Translations under genes and position numbers: made by a program
Shown: piece by piece, positions 50,019-60,663 of the stretch
Position numbering within the stretch: the first letter of the stretch is position 1
Layout: each line of letters starts with the position of its first letter
Notes under the pieces: generated by a model
The model's input: the letters and a program-made list of their open reading frames with translations, nothing else
Database searches by the model: none
What the model was told of the DNA's origin: nothing
NCBI GenBank assembly: GCA_963662715.1
Contig: OY759724.1
Span: forward strand, 2,074,662-2,138,661
DNA from: Candidatus Omnitrophota bacterium
Lineage (GTDB): Bacteria > Omnitrophota > Gorgyraeia > Zapsychrales > JANLHA01
Reading direction: 5' to 3'
Length of the DNA: 64,000 bases

Positions 50019-50768
50019 ATGTCAGGTCATTCGAAATGGGCAAGTATTAAACATAAAAAGGCGGCTACTGATGCAAAAAGAGGCGCTGCTTTTACTAAGG
50101 TGACCCGAGAAATTACCGCTGCCGCCAAGGATGGGGGCGGTAATACAGAGACAAATATCAGGCTTCGTGCGGCAATTGCCCGGGCTAAAGAGATTAATAT
50201 GCCTAATACGAATATTGAAAATGCTATAAAGAAGGGGACAGGAGAACTTCCCGGTGTGATCTATGAAAATGTGGTTTTTGATGCCTATGCTCCGGGTGGC
50301 GTGGCGATGCTTATTGAAGGCTTGACGGATAATAAGAACCGGACGACAGCTGAAATCAGAAATATTCTGTCGAAGAAGAACGGCAGTCTGGCCGGAGCCG
50401 GCAGCACGGCCTGGATGTTCACATCAAAGGGTTTTATCTCTATCGAGAAAGACAAAATAGGGGAAGAGGAACTGATGGACATTGTCCTTGAGGCCGGCGC
50501 CGACGATATTGATCCCAAAGGACAATATTATGAAATTGTTTGCGATCCTTCAAACTTGGAAGCAGTCAAGGCCGCCATTCAAGCCAAAAATATTCCCACC
50601 GTAACGGCTGAAGTCACGAAGATTCCTAATTCTTATATCAAGGTCACGGGCAACGAGGCGAAGCAGGTGTTGAGCCTGATGGAAACTTTGGAGGACCACG
50701 AGGATATTCAGGCCGTTCACGCCAATTTTGATATCCCGGATGACGAGATGGAAAAAGCAGCGGAATGA
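50019..50768 (+). CDS. yebC: YebC/PmpR family DNA-binding transcriptional regulator
   Basis: GAGGAGGG ribosome-binding site, ATG at 50019. MSGHSKWASIKHKKA N-terminus. Confidence 0.9.
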   Translation: MSGHSKWASIKHKKAATDAKRGAAFTKVTREITAAAKDGGGNTETNIRLRAAIARAKEINMPNTNIENAIKKGTGELPGVIYENVVFDAYAPGGVAMLIEGLTDNKNRTTAEIRNILSKKNGSLAGAGSTAWMFTSKGFISIEKDKIGEEELMDIVLEAGADDIDPKGQYYEIVCDPSNLEAVKAAIQAKNIPTVTAEVTKIPNSYIKVTGNEAKQVLSLMETLEDHEDIQAVHANFDIPDDEMEKAAE

Positions 50769-50769
50769 T

Positions 50770-51255
50770 ATGAAAATTATTGGTGTTGATCCGGGCTTGC
50801 ATGCCACGGGGTACGGGTTGATTACCGTTGAGTTGAGTCAATCCAGAAATGTTAAGCTCCTTGAAGCCGGGGCTATTGAACCCAAGCCGGATGATTTCCT
50901 GCAAAACAGAATCAATAAAGTCTACGATTGTCTTACGGATATCGTTTCTGAACATCGGCCGACAGTCATGGTTTTGGAGAGGCTTTACTCTCATTACCGG
51001 CATCCGACAACGGCCTGCAAATTGGGACATGTGAGAGGCGTGATCTGCCTCGTCTGCGCCCATCAGCATCTTCAGCTGGTTGAGTACAGCGTAAAACGCA
51101 TCAGGAAAAATGTTGTGGGTGACGGCAACGCGTCAAAACAGCAGACCCGGGAAGTCGTCGCTAACATTCTCCGTATTGATCCCGGACGGCTGACATTGGA
51201 TGCGAGCGATGCTTTGGCGCTGGCCTTGGGGTATGCGTATATGGAACATTATTAG
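50770..51255 (+). CDS. ruvC: crossover junction endodeoxyribonuclease RuvC
   Basis: MKIIGVDPGLHATGYGL. Catalytic acidic residues. Immediately after the yebC stop. Confidence 0.9.
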   Translation: MKIIGVDPGLHATGYGLITVELSQSRNVKLLEAGAIEPKPDDFLQNRINKVYDCLTDIVSEHRPTVMVLERLYSHYRHPTTACKLGHVRGVICLVCAHQHLQLVEYSVKRIRKNVVGDGNASKQQTREVVANILRIDPGRLTLDASDALALALGYAYMEHY

Positions 51256-51293
51256 GCCGATATCTTGTGGAATAAGAATATAAAATATATAAG

Positions 51294-51920
51294 ATGATAA
51301 CGAAGATTTCTGGACAACTGGTTGAAAAAAAAGATAATTCATTGATAATAAAGGTGGGGGGCGTGAGTTATGAAATTTTTGTCCCTTACTCGGTGTTGCA
51401 GAGAGTTTACGAACATGCGGATGAACAGAATCAACTGGAACTGATTACTTATCATTATATTCAGATGGGGACAGGAGCGGGATTCCCTTTTTTGGTTGGG
51501 TTCTTAAATGAGGTTGAAAAGGAATTTTTCCTTCAGTTTATCAAAGTCTCTGGGATCGGTCCCCGGGCCGCTGTCAAGGCTTTAAACAAGCCGATCAGTG
51601 AAATATCGGAAGCCATCGACCGGGGAGACCTACAGTATTTAAAGTCGCTTCCGGGCATTGGGTTCCAGAGGGCGAAAGAGATTGTTGCAAAATTGCAGGG
51701 GAAGGTCGGACGCTATGGGTTAATTCAGGATAAAACCCCGGCGGAGACCGGTTGCCCCATCCCGGATTGGCAGGAAGAAGCTTTGGCTGTCTTAGTTCAG
51801 TTGCAGTATAAAAAGCCGGAAGCGAAGTCTATGATTGATAAAGCTTTAAGACGTTGCCCGCACATCAAGGACACAGAACAACTGATTAATGAAATCTATA
51901 AACAAAGGATGAATGATTGA
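51294..51920 (+). CDS. ruvA: Holliday junction DNA helicase subunit RuvA
   Basis: MITKISGQL N-terminus, HhH motifs LPGIGFQRAKEIV. Confidence 0.9.
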   Translation: MITKISGQLVEKKDNSLIIKVGGVSYEIFVPYSVLQRVYEHADEQNQLELITYHYIQMGTGAGFPFLVGFLNEVEKEFFLQFIKVSGIGPRAAVKALNKPISEISEAIDRGDLQYLKSLPGIGFQRAKEIVAKLQGKVGRYGLIQDKTPAETGCPIPDWQEEALAVLVQLQYKKPEAKSMIDKALRRCPHIKDTEQLINEIYKQRMND

Positions 51921-52753
51921 TGACTCAGTCAGAAAAAGATTTTATTAAGAATATTATTGAAGCGTTGCTGTTTATCAGTGAAAAACCCGTGTCGTTGGAA
52001 CAGATCCGTGCGGTGATGGAAGAGGTGTCGCCCGCGGATATCCGCCGGAAGATTCTGGAATTAAAAGATGAATATGAAAGTGGCATGCGGGGTATCGTGA
52101 TTATGGAGATCGCCGGCGGATATCAAATGTTAAGCAGCCCGCATTATACGGATGCTATCCGTCGGTTCTTTAAAAAAAGAGTTAAAGAGAAATTGTCCAG
52201 ACCCGCTTTGGAGACTTTGGCGATTATTGCTTATAAACAGCCCGTGTCCCGGGCTGATATTGAAGTCATCAGGGGCGTAAATTCGGATGGGGTCGTGGCC
52301 CATCTTCTTAACAAGGGGCTCATTAAGGTTGTGGGGCGCAAAGAACTCCCGGGCAAGCCTTACATCTATGGCACAACAAAACAGTTTCTTGAATATTTTG
52401 GTTTGAAGTCCTTGCGTGACCTGCCTAAACTGGAAGATTTCCCCACGTTATTTGCCAGCAGCGGCGAGACGGGGCATGCGACACCGGAAGAAGGCTCCCG
52501 GGATGTTGAGCCGGATGCTGCTGCCGCACAAGATATCCCTGATGAAGAGGGCGTTGAAGGCCAGGAGGCGGTTGCCTCTGTGGAGGATGTTTCTGAAGGC
52601 GTTTCGGAGGACAAGGAGGAATCCCGGAATTTTGCCTCCCCTGTGCCGGATGCTTCAAGGGAGGAAAGCCAGGAGTCCCTGCCGCTGGAAGGGGTTGAAG
52701 CGAATATGCCTGAGGGTGAACCTGTTATGAGTAACGAAAGAGAACATTTATGA
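51920..52753 (+). CDS. scpB: segregation and condensation protein B with long acidic C-terminal tail
   Basis: ATGA overlap with the ruvA stop. ScpB winged-helix blocks LETLAIIAYKQPVSRADIEVIRGV and LPGKPYIYGTTKQFLEYFGL. About 90 aa of Glu/Asp-rich tail. Confidence 0.85.
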   Translation: MTQSEKDFIKNIIEALLFISEKPVSLEQIRAVMEEVSPADIRRKILELKDEYESGMRGIVIMEIAGGYQMLSSPHYTDAIRRFFKKRVKEKLSRPALETLAIIAYKQPVSRADIEVIRGVNSDGVVAHLLNKGLIKVVGRKELPGKPYIYGTTKQFLEYFGLKSLRDLPKLEDFPTLFASSGETGHATPEEGSRDVEPDAAAAQDIPDEEGVEGQEAVASVEDVSEGVSEDKEESRNFASPVPDASREESQESLPLEGVEANMPEGEPVMSNEREHL

Positions 52754-53808
52754 GTCTAAATGAATTAAGAAAAAAGATTGATCAGATTGATGAAAAAATC
52801 GTGTCCTTGCTGAATCAGAGAGCCAAGGTCAGCAAAGCTATCGGGCAAGAAAAAGCCAGAAGTAATAAAGGGGTGTATGCTCCTGACCGGGAAGTTAAGG
52901 TTCTTAAAAAGATACGGTCTCTTAATCAAGGTCCCATGACTCACGAAGGGTTGGAGGCGGTTTACCGGGAGATCATGTCCAGTTCCCTTTCATTGGAAAA
53001 GAATTTGCGTATTGCCTATATGGGGCCGCAGGCGTCTTTTTCCCATCTGGCGGCGCAGCGCCGGTTCGGCTCGCAGGTCGGATATGTTCCGAGCGGAAAT
53101 ATTGCCGATGTCTTCCGCGCCGTGGAAAGCGGTGACTGTGATTATGGCGTTGTCCCGATAGAGAATTCAATCGAAGGAGCCGTGAATCATACGTTTGACC
53201 TGTTTGTCGAATCTGAATTAAAGATTTGTTCGCAGATTTTGTTGGAAGTGTCGCATAATCTTTTAGCGAAAATCCCGGAGAAAAATATTAGAAGAATTTA
53301 TTCTAATCCGCAGGTTTTTGGCCAATGCCGCAGCTGGCTGACAGCTCATTTGCCGCAGGCAGAACTCATTGATGTCGTCTCAACGACCAGGGCGGCGCAG
53401 CTGGCGGCCAAGGAAAAGAATGCGGCATGTATCGCATCATTAATGGCCGCTCAAGTGTATAATCTGCGTGTCCTTCATAAAGATATAGAGGACCGCGCTT
53501 ATAATATTACTCGGTTTTTAGTTATTGCCCAGACGGATGTCCCTCCGACAGGAAAAGACAGGACGTCGATCCTTTTTTCGATCAAGGACCGCATGGGCGC
53601 GCTGCACGATATGTTGACTCCTTTCTTCGACAATAAGATCAATTTGACGAAAATCGAATCTCGCCCTTCCAAAAAGAAAGCGTGGGATTATTATTTCTTT
53701 GTCGATTTTGAGGGGCACCGGGAGGAGAAGCCTGTGAAGCGGGCCTTAATGAAATTGGAAGATATGTGTAAATATTTAAAAATATTAGGTTCCTATCCTG
53801 TATCATAG
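52750..53808 (+). CDS. pheA: bifunctional chorismate mutase / prephenate dehydratase (P-protein) with ACT domain
   Basis: CM helix LRKKIDQIDEKIVSLLNQRA, PDT block YMGPQASFSH...VPIENSIEGAV, C-terminal ACT. Confidence 0.9.
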   Translation: MSLNELRKKIDQIDEKIVSLLNQRAKVSKAIGQEKARSNKGVYAPDREVKVLKKIRSLNQGPMTHEGLEAVYREIMSSSLSLEKNLRIAYMGPQASFSHLAAQRRFGSQVGYVPSGNIADVFRAVESGDCDYGVVPIENSIEGAVNHTFDLFVESELKICSQILLEVSHNLLAKIPEKNIRRIYSNPQVFGQCRSWLTAHLPQAELIDVVSTTRAAQLAAKEKNAACIASLMAAQVYNLRVLHKDIEDRAYNITRFLVIAQTDVPPTGKDRTSILFSIKDRMGALHDMLTPFFDNKINLTKIESRPSKKKAWDYYFFVDFEGHREEKPVKRALMKLEDMCKYLKILGSYPVS

Positions 53809-53810
53809 CT

Positions 53811-54899
53811 ATGAAAGTATTACCTCGTGTTTTAACAGTCAAGCCTTATCAGCCGGGGCGCCCTATAGATGAAGTCAAACGTGAACTGGGCCTGAAGTCG
53901 GTGATCAAACTGGCTTCGAATGAAAGTCCTTACGCCCCTTCTCCTAAAGTGTTGGCAGCCATTTCCAAAGAAGCCGGGGCAATTAACCGTTATCCGGATA
54001 GCGGCTGTTATACCCTGCGGCGGGCTCTTTCTGCGGAGCTGTCGTGTCATGAAAACCAGTTGATTTTCGGGAACGGTTCGGATGAGATCATTGTCGCGGC
54101 CATTCGTGCCTTTGTCGGGGAAGGCGATGAGGTTGTGGTGGCCCACCCCTCATTTCTTATTTATACCATTGCCACTCAGGTCGTAGGGGGAAAGGTTCAG
54201 GCTGTCCCGGTAAAGGATTTCCGCTACGATCTTTCGGGGATGGCCCAAGCGGTCTCCGACAGGACGAAGATTGTTTTCCTGGCCAATCCGGATAATCCGG
54301 CCGGCACGTATATTTCTACCGGGGATTTGGAACGCTTCCTTTCCTGTCTCCCTTCGGATATTGTTGTTTTTTTAGATGAAGCTTATCACGAATTTGTGGC
54401 CGACAGGAAGGATTATCCGAATTCCAAGGAGTTGCTGAAGAAATATCCTCAGCTGATTATTTCAAGGACATTTTCCAAACTGTACGGCTTGGCCGGGTTG
54501 CGGATCGGGTACGGTCTGGCCCGTCCGGAAATGATAGACATCCTTAAACGGGTTTGCGAACCTTTTAACGTCAACTCTCTGGCTCAGGCGGCGGCTTTAG
54601 CCTGTTTAAAGGATAAGCCTTATTATCGACGCATTGCCAGGGAGATCGAAGCTCAGCGTGAATTTATCTTTCAGTGCCTGGAGTCCTGGGGCATCGGATT
54701 TGTGCGAACGTGTACGAATTTTGTGCTTATTCTTGTGCCGGGAAAGGGAAGGGACTACTGTCGGGGACTATTGGAAAAGGGGATTATTGTCCGGGATATG
54801 AGTGGTTGGGGTTTGGACCATTATATCCGGGTGACCATCGGAACCCCGAAAGAGAACAAGCGCTTTTTATCCGTTTTTAAAACCATGATAAAAAGATAA
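53811..54899 (+). CDS. hisC: histidinol-phosphate/aromatic amino acid aminotransferase (class II PLP)
   Basis: [17 protein letters not shown] lysine block [17 protein letters not shown]. Sits inside the aromatic cluster, so it may act as an aromatic aminotransferase. Confidence 0.85.
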   Translation: MKVLPRVLTVKPYQPGRPIDEVKRELGLKSVIKLASNESPYAPSPKVLAAISKEAGAINRYPDSGCYTLRRALSAELSCHENQLIFGNGSDEIIVAAIRAFVGEGDEVVVAHPSFLIYTIATQVVGGKVQAVPVKDFRYDLSGMAQAVSDRTKIVFLANPDNPAGTYISTGDLERFLSCLPSDIVVFLDEAYHEFVADRKDYPNSKELLKKYPQLIISRTFSKLYGLAGLRIGYGLARPEMIDILKRVCEPFNVNSLAQAAALACLKDKPYYRRIAREIEAQREFIFQCLESWGIGFVRTCTNFVLILVPGKGRDYCRGLLEKGIIVRDMSGWGLDHYIRVTIGTPKENKRFLSVFKTMIKR

Positions 54900-54954
54900 T
54901 TATTTAAAGGATAAAACCAGGATAGCTTTGCGGAAAAATCCTGAAGGGGGATTT

Positions 54955-55971
54955 ATGATTATTATTTGTAAACCGGATGCCACAGAAGAACAGCTGCATC
55001 ATATTATTGAAAAAGCGGAAAAATTAGGGCTCAAAGTTCATGTCTCCAAGGGCGTAGAGCGAACAGTCCTGGGATTTATCGGCCCGGAAGACGTTTTGCG
55101 CGTGATTCCCTTGGAAGTTTTTCCGGGAGTTGACCAGGTTTTGCCGGTACTGGTCCCGTATAAACTTGTATCCCGGGAATTTCAAAAAGAGGATTCAATC
55201 ATTCGGATTAATGAAACGGTGCAGGTCGGGGGCGAAAAGATTACCGTCATAGCCGGGCCGTGTTCTGTGGAAAGTTACGATGCCTTGCTGTCTGTGGCCG
55301 AGAAAGTCAAAGCATCGGGAGCAACGGTTCTCCGGGGAGGGGCGTTCAAGCCCCGCACGTCCCCTTATGATTTTCAAGGGCTGGGAGAAGAAGGGTTGAA
55401 GTATCTTAAAGACGTCAGTGAAGCCGTAGGATTGGCGACGATTACGGAGGTCATGGATCCGCGTCATGTCGACCTTGTTGCCCGGTATGTGGATGTCCTG
55501 CAGATTGGAGCAAGAAATATGCAGAATTATAGCTTGCTGCAGGAAGTCGGGAATACCAAGAAACCGGTCATGTTAAAACGCGGAATGAGCGCGACGATTA
55601 AAGATCTTTTGATGGCGGCGGAATATATTGCGGCAAAGGGCAATTTAAATGTTATGTTGTGTGAAAGAGGTATTCGGACATTTGAAACGGCGACCAGGAA
55701 CACATTTGATATTAATGCCATTCCTGTCATTAAGCAGAAGTCCCACCTACCCGTCATTGCTGACCCTAGTCACGGCACTGGCCGATGGGGTTTGGTCAGC
55801 CGGATTGCTTTAGCTGCTGTGGCGGCCGGATGCGATGCTTTGATTATTGAAGTTCATGCCAATCCTGAAGAAGCCTTGTCTGACGGCGCCCAATCCCTTA
55901 CCCCGGAAAACTTTCAAGCCCTTATGTTACAGTTGCAAGCTGTCGCTAAAGCCGTAAACAGAGCGCTTTAG
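54955..55971 (+). CDS. aroF: 3-deoxy-7-phosphoheptulonate (DAHP) synthase, type I-beta with N-terminal ferredoxin-like regulatory domain
   Basis: GAAGGGGG ribosome-binding site then ATG at 54955. N-terminal ACT-like domain. KDO8P/DAHP synthase catalytic blocks [35 protein letters not shown]. Confidence 0.85.
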   Translation: MIIICKPDATEEQLHHIIEKAEKLGLKVHVSKGVERTVLGFIGPEDVLRVIPLEVFPGVDQVLPVLVPYKLVSREFQKEDSIIRINETVQVGGEKITVIAGPCSVESYDALLSVAEKVKASGATVLRGGAFKPRTSPYDFQGLGEEGLKYLKDVSEAVGLATITEVMDPRHVDLVARYVDVLQIGARNMQNYSLLQEVGNTKKPVMLKRGMSATIKDLLMAAEYIAAKGNLNVMLCERGIRTFETATRNTFDINAIPVIKQKSHLPVIADPSHGTGRWGLVSRIALAAVAAGCDALIIEVHANPEEALSDGAQSLTPENFQALMLQLQAVAKAVNRAL

Positions 55972-56016
55972 CATTTTCTGGTTGGATTCTTAAAGAATTA
56001 AGGGAGAAAAAGACAT

Positions 56017-56871
56017 ATGCCACTAGGATCACGTTTATTTAAAAAGGTCACCATTATTGGTGTTGGATTGATGGGCGGATCTTTGGGAAAAGCCATCAAA
56101 AAGCATAATCTTGCCAAAGAAGTCGTCGGGCTGTCTCAACGTCAGTCAACTTTATCGACGGCAGTCAAAACCCAGGCGATTGATTATGGGACTCACGATA
56201 TTAAAAAGGCCGTGCATAATGCCGACTTGGTCGTTCTCGCTACCCCGGTCAGCATTATTACAGGCATGTTGTCGATGATCGGGCCTCATTTGAAACGCAA
56301 TTGTATTGTCACAGACGTGGGAAGCTCCAAAGTTTCCATCGTTCAGGCCGCTCAGCAGTCTTTGCCGAATTATGTTAGTTTTTTGGGGTCGCATCCCCTC
56401 GCGGGATCAGAGAAAAGGGGTGTCCAGTTCTCCGACGATGAACTGTTTAACGGGTCGCTTTGCATTATAACTCCGACCGAGCGGGGCAACCGTTCAGTCA
56501 CGAACAGGGTCAAATCCTTATGGAGCCGCGTTGGATGTAAAGTGAAATTTTTATCTCCGGAGGAGCATGACCGTATCATGGCTTTTATCAGTCATCTCCC
56601 GCATGTCCTGGCCTTTTCCCTGATGAATATTATTCCGGAGGATTTATTGGAGTATGCGGCCCAGGGCTTAAAAGACACCACAAGGATTGCGGCCTCTTCT
56701 CCCCAAGTGTGGAATGATATCTGTATGGGCAATGCCCATAATATTGTTAAACTTTTGGATGATTATGTGAAGGATTTGTCTGCTATCAGACGAGCCATTA
56801 TAACGAATGATACGAAGTTCCTTTTGGACACGTTCCAGAAAGCCAAAGAAAAAAGAGATAGGATTATGTGA
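56017..56871 (+). CDS. tyrA: prephenate dehydrogenase
   Basis: Rossmann IIGVGLMGGSLG, GSHPLAG catalytic block. Confidence 0.85.
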   Translation: MPLGSRLFKKVTIIGVGLMGGSLGKAIKKHNLAKEVVGLSQRQSTLSTAVKTQAIDYGTHDIKKAVHNADLVVLATPVSIITGMLSMIGPHLKRNCIVTDVGSSKVSIVQAAQQSLPNYVSFLGSHPLAGSEKRGVQFSDDELFNGSLCIITPTERGNRSVTNRVKSLWSRVGCKVKFLSPEEHDRIMAFISHLPHVLAFSLMNIIPEDLLEYAAQGLKDTTRIAASSPQVWNDICMGNAHNIVKLLDDYVKDLSAIRRAIITNDTKFLLDTFQKAKEKRDRIM

Positions 56872-56872
56872 A

Positions 56873-57583
56873 ATGAAAGATCTTTCGGGTTTTCATGTTG
56901 TGACCATTGACGGACCGGCGGGAGCGGGAAAAAGCACTGTCGCTAAAATGCTCGCCCGGAGGCTGAATTATGCGTATCTGGACACGGGGGCCATGTACAG
57001 GGCTTTGACTCTTAAGGCGATGCGCACAGGCTGTGAATTGGCCCGGGAGGAGTCCCTGATCCAGTGCGCGCAAAAAACAACTATTGCCTTGAAGGCGGAT
57101 CCGGTTAAGGGGCTGAGGGTTTTTCTGGAAGGGGAGGATGTCTCCGATGAGATCCGTACCCTGGAAGTCACGAACAATACGTTTTATGTCGCCAGGGTTC
57201 CCGCGGTGAGAGAGATTTTGGTGGGCTGGCAAAGAGATATCGGGAAGAAACAAAACGTTGTGGTGGAAGGAAGAGATGTGGGCACGGTTGTTTTTCCGGA
57301 GGCTTCGTTCAAATTTTATCTTGACGCGGAATTCTCCGAACGGGTCCGTCGGCGGCTGACAGAACTGCGGGATAAGGGGAAGGCTGTAGAGGCAGAACAG
57401 CTCCGTTGTGAACTGAGTGACCGTGATCAGAAAGATCTCACCAGGACAGTCGGACCTTTAAAGAAAGCCGAAGATGCTATTATGCTTGACTCGACATCGT
57501 TATCTATTGAAGATGTCGTTGACAGCATGTTAAATATCATTCAGGCTAAACGCGCTGTGCCGGAGGGGCAAAAAAGTCCCTGA
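56873..57583 (+). CDS. cmk: (d)CMP kinase
   Basis: P-loop IDGPAGAGKST, YLDTGAMYRA. Confidence 0.9.
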   Translation: MKDLSGFHVVTIDGPAGAGKSTVAKMLARRLNYAYLDTGAMYRALTLKAMRTGCELAREESLIQCAQKTTIALKADPVKGLRVFLEGEDVSDEIRTLEVTNNTFYVARVPAVREILVGWQRDIGKKQNVVVEGRDVGTVVFPEASFKFYLDAEFSERVRRRLTELRDKGKAVEAEQLRCELSDRDQKDLTRTVGPLKKAEDAIMLDSTSLSIEDVVDSMLNIIQAKRAVPEGQKSP

Positions 57584-57641
57584 CCCGGCCGGGAGGGGCC
57601 GTGATAGCGGCAGAATCACTCTGCCAGAAGAAATAAAAAAT

Positions 57642-59432
57642 ATGGATAAGTCACTGATTAGAAATTTTTCGATTATTGCCCATATTGACCACGGAAAATC
57701 GACCCTGGCGGATCGGTTGCTTTTATTTACCGGGGCGATCGATGAAAGAAAATTCCAGAATCAGCTTTTGGATGATATGGATATTGAACGGGAGAGGGGC
57801 ATCACAATTAAAGCTTCTGCCGTAAGGCTGGATTACAAAGCAGACAACGGCAAGTCATATGTTTTTAACTTGATTGATACCCCGGGGCATGTGGACTTTA
57901 CGTATGAGGTGGAAAAATCTCTGCGTGCATGTGAAGGGGCTCTGCTCGTCATCGATGCTTCGCAGGGGGTTGAATCGCAGACCGTGGCGAACAATTATCT
58001 TGCTATTGAAAGCAATCTGGAAATTCTGCCTGTGATTAATAAGATTGATATTGCCAACATTGATATTGATCACGCTAAGATGGAGTTTATGGATATTTTG
58101 AACTTTAAAGAAGAGGATATCCAGCTGGTTTCGGCCAAAGAAGGGGTTGGCATCAAGGAGCTGTTTGAAAAGATTGTCAGTTTCATCCCCTGCCCGGAAG
58201 GAGATGATCATGCGCCTCTGCAAGCTCTGATTTTCGATATGAAATATGACATTTATAAAGGAATTATTATTTATGTGCGCATCTTCAACGGCGTTATAGA
58301 TCCGGGGCTGAAGATCCTGATGATGCATACCGGGAAGGAGTTTTCCATAGAAGAGATCGGTGTTTTTCGCCCGGAAGCGACCAGGGTCAAGAAGCTTACA
58401 AGCGGCGAGGTCGGGTACATTACATGTAATGTCCACGACCCGAGAGAAGTCAGGGTGGGAGATACGATAACGGCTGTCGCCCGTCCGACAGTATCTCCGC
58501 TGGAAGGCTATCGCCAGCTGAATCCCATGGTTTTTTGTGGGGTTTATCCCGTCAATTCAAAAGATTTTATGTCTTTGCGGGAAGCCATCGATAAGCTGAG
58601 GCTGAATGACCCGAGTTTTGTTTTTGAGCCGGAAACCTCTCAGTCCTTTGGCCACGGATTCCGGTGCGGCTTCTTAGGGCTGCTGCACATGGAAATTGTG
58701 CAAGAACGCCTGCAGCGGGAATATGATCTCAACCTGATCTTGACGACGCCCAACGTTAAATACCGCCTTACAACTAAAAATAAAGAGACTTGTTATGTCG
58801 AGAATCCCGCCCAGTTGACGGAGCGGACCCAGATAGACCGGATCGAGGAACCGTATCTGGAGGTTTCCATCATGTCTCCCGTGGAATACATGGATAAGGT
58901 GATGGAGCTGTCCAAATCTAAAAGAGGGATCTATATCAAGAGTGAGTATGTCTCTGACCGTATGCGTATTCTTTTCGACATGCCCTTATCCGAAGTTATC
59001 GTTGATTATAACGATATGATTAAATCCGTAACGCGGGGCTACGGCTCCATCGATTACCGGTTCAAAGGCTATTATCCTGCCAAAATTTCTAAACTGGATA
59101 TTCTGATTAACGGAAAAGAATGCGATGCTTTCTCCTGCCTTGTGAACCAGGAGAGAGCTTATGAAAAGGGGGTTGCGTTAGTGAGTAAATTAAAAGAGCT
59201 GATCCCGCAACAGTTGTTTGAGGTCCGCATTCAGGCCACGTGTGACGGAAGGGTCATTTCCAGCGCCAAAGTGCGCTCAACAGGGAAAAATGTGACGGCG
59301 AAATGTTACGGGGGAGATATTACCCGCAAACGGAAATTGTGGGAAAAGCAGAAAGAAGGGAAAAAAAGGTTGAAGCAGATAGGGAATGTTGAGGTGCCGC
59401 AGGAGGCATTCTTGGCTGTATTAAAAATTTGA
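57642..59432 (+). CDS. lepA: translation elongation factor 4 (LepA)
   Basis: G1 AHIDHGKST, DTPGHVDF, NKID. LepA-specific C-terminal domain. Confidence 0.95.
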   Translation: MDKSLIRNFSIIAHIDHGKSTLADRLLLFTGAIDERKFQNQLLDDMDIERERGITIKASAVRLDYKADNGKSYVFNLIDTPGHVDFTYEVEKSLRACEGALLVIDASQGVESQTVANNYLAIESNLEILPVINKIDIANIDIDHAKMEFMDILNFKEEDIQLVSAKEGVGIKELFEKIVSFIPCPEGDDHAPLQALIFDMKYDIYKGIIIYVRIFNGVIDPGLKILMMHTGKEFSIEEIGVFRPEATRVKKLTSGEVGYITCNVHDPREVRVGDTITAVARPTVSPLEGYRQLNPMVFCGVYPVNSKDFMSLREAIDKLRLNDPSFVFEPETSQSFGHGFRCGFLGLLHMEIVQERLQREYDLNLILTTPNVKYRLTTKNKETCYVENPAQLTERTQIDRIEEPYLEVSIMSPVEYMDKVMELSKSKRGIYIKSEYVSDRMRILFDMPLSEVIVDYNDMIKSVTRGYGSIDYRFKGYYPAKISKLDILINGKECDAFSCLVNQERAYEKGVALVSKLKELIPQQLFEVRIQATCDGRVISSAKVRSTGKNVTAKCYGGDITRKRKLWEKQKEGKKRLKQIGNVEVPQEAFLAVLKI

Positions 59433-59443
59433 CGGAGAGATTT

Positions 59444-60175
59444 ATGGAAGACATTCATTGGAAGGATCAATATGATAAGCTGATCGCGGAAGGAAAAAAA
59501 AGCGGATTCCTCCACCGGGATGCGATCACCAAGAGCCTTCAATCCGCCGGGGCCGATGAGCAAGAGCTTCAGCAGGCGCTGGTGAATTTGCATGATGAAG
59601 GCATTGAAATTGTCAGGAAGTCGGCCACCCGCGAATGGGTGGAATCCATTGTTATCGCCTTTATTCTTGCCATGTTTATCCGGGAATTCTTCTTCCAGGC
59701 TTTCCGGATTCCAAGCGGGTCTATGCGGAACACCCTCCTGGAGGGGGATCGGCTGCTGGTTAATAAATTGTATTATGGCCCCAAGATTCGGTTTACCCAA
59801 AAACGTTTGCCGGGGTTCACGACCCCGCATCGGGGAGATGTTATTGTCTTTATTTACCCGCTTGACCCCAAAAGAGATTTTATTAAACGACTTATAGCCG
59901 TGGGCGGGGAGATCGTAGAAATAAAGGACGGCGATATCTTTATTAACGGGAAGCTGATTGAAAATCCTTTGATTAAGAACACTTTCTACTATAATTACGG
60001 CAATGCTTTGCCGGGCCAGAAGATCAAGGTTCCGGAAGGGCATTATTTCGTTTTAGGCGATAACAGTGCCTCGAGCAGTGACAGCCGTTATTGGGGGTTT
60101 GTGCCGGAAAACAATGTTGTCGGGAAGGCCGCTTTGATTTACTGGCCTCCGCAACGCATACGCCTGATAAAATAG
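59444..60175 (+). CDS. lepB: signal peptidase I with about 55-aa N-terminal cytoplasmic extension
   Basis: Catalytic blocks IPSGSMRNTL and GDNSASSSDSRYWGFV. GGAGAG ribosome-binding site before the ATG at 59444. Confidence 0.9.
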   Translation: MEDIHWKDQYDKLIAEGKKSGFLHRDAITKSLQSAGADEQELQQALVNLHDEGIEIVRKSATREWVESIVIAFILAMFIREFFFQAFRIPSGSMRNTLLEGDRLLVNKLYYGPKIRFTQKRLPGFTTPHRGDVIVFIYPLDPKRDFIKRLIAVGGEIVEIKDGDIFINGKLIENPLIKNTFYYNYGNALPGQKIKVPEGHYFVLGDNSASSSDSRYWGFVPENNVVGKAALIYWPPQRIRLIK

Positions 60176-60219
60176 GGTTATGCCTGTGTGAGATTTTTGA
60201 ACCCAGCCTGAGGGATCAG

Positions 60220-60630
60220 ATGAGAAAGATGTTGCGGAAGAGTTTGAATATCGGCGTCGCCGGGTATTTCTTCGTCAGCCTGTTGTTTCTTCTTCTGTCG
60301 GGATGTGCTTCTTTTGGGCAGCAAAAAGGATCTCTTCAGAAAACGGACGGGAAGCTCCGAAAAGAAACGAAAGAAGAGATCCTTTCCGCGGCAGGGACAG
60401 TTGTGGAAGCCGTGAGCGGACAGGATATGACAGAAGAGGAATTAAAGGATTTTGTGGAGAATATGCGCAAGGATGAAGAGGCTCAGGAGGCGGTGGAAAC
60501 CATCGCTGATGCCTTGGACCAGAATCATAAAAAAGTGAAATATTGCCCTGTGACCGGAAAAAGATACCGTTATAGTCTTGAAAGATGTCCGATTCATAAT
60601 GTGCCGTTGAAAGTATTAGGGGAAGAATAA
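60220..60630 (+). CDS. hypothetical lipoprotein with C-terminal CPxxG...CPxH zinc-knuckle-like motif
   Basis: Lipobox LLSGC after a signal peptide. GAGGGA ribosome-binding site. Acidic middle. CPVTGKRYRYSLERCPIH at the C-terminus. Confidence 0.6.
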   Translation: MRKMLRKSLNIGVAGYFFVSLLFLLLSGCASFGQQKGSLQKTDGKLRKETKEEILSAAGTVVEAVSGQDMTEEELKDFVENMRKDEEAQEAVETIADALDQNHKKVKYCPVTGKRYRYSLERCPIHNVPLKVLGEE

Positions 60631-60663
60631 TGCTTTGCGGTTGTGATATTTTTGGTTCGCCCC

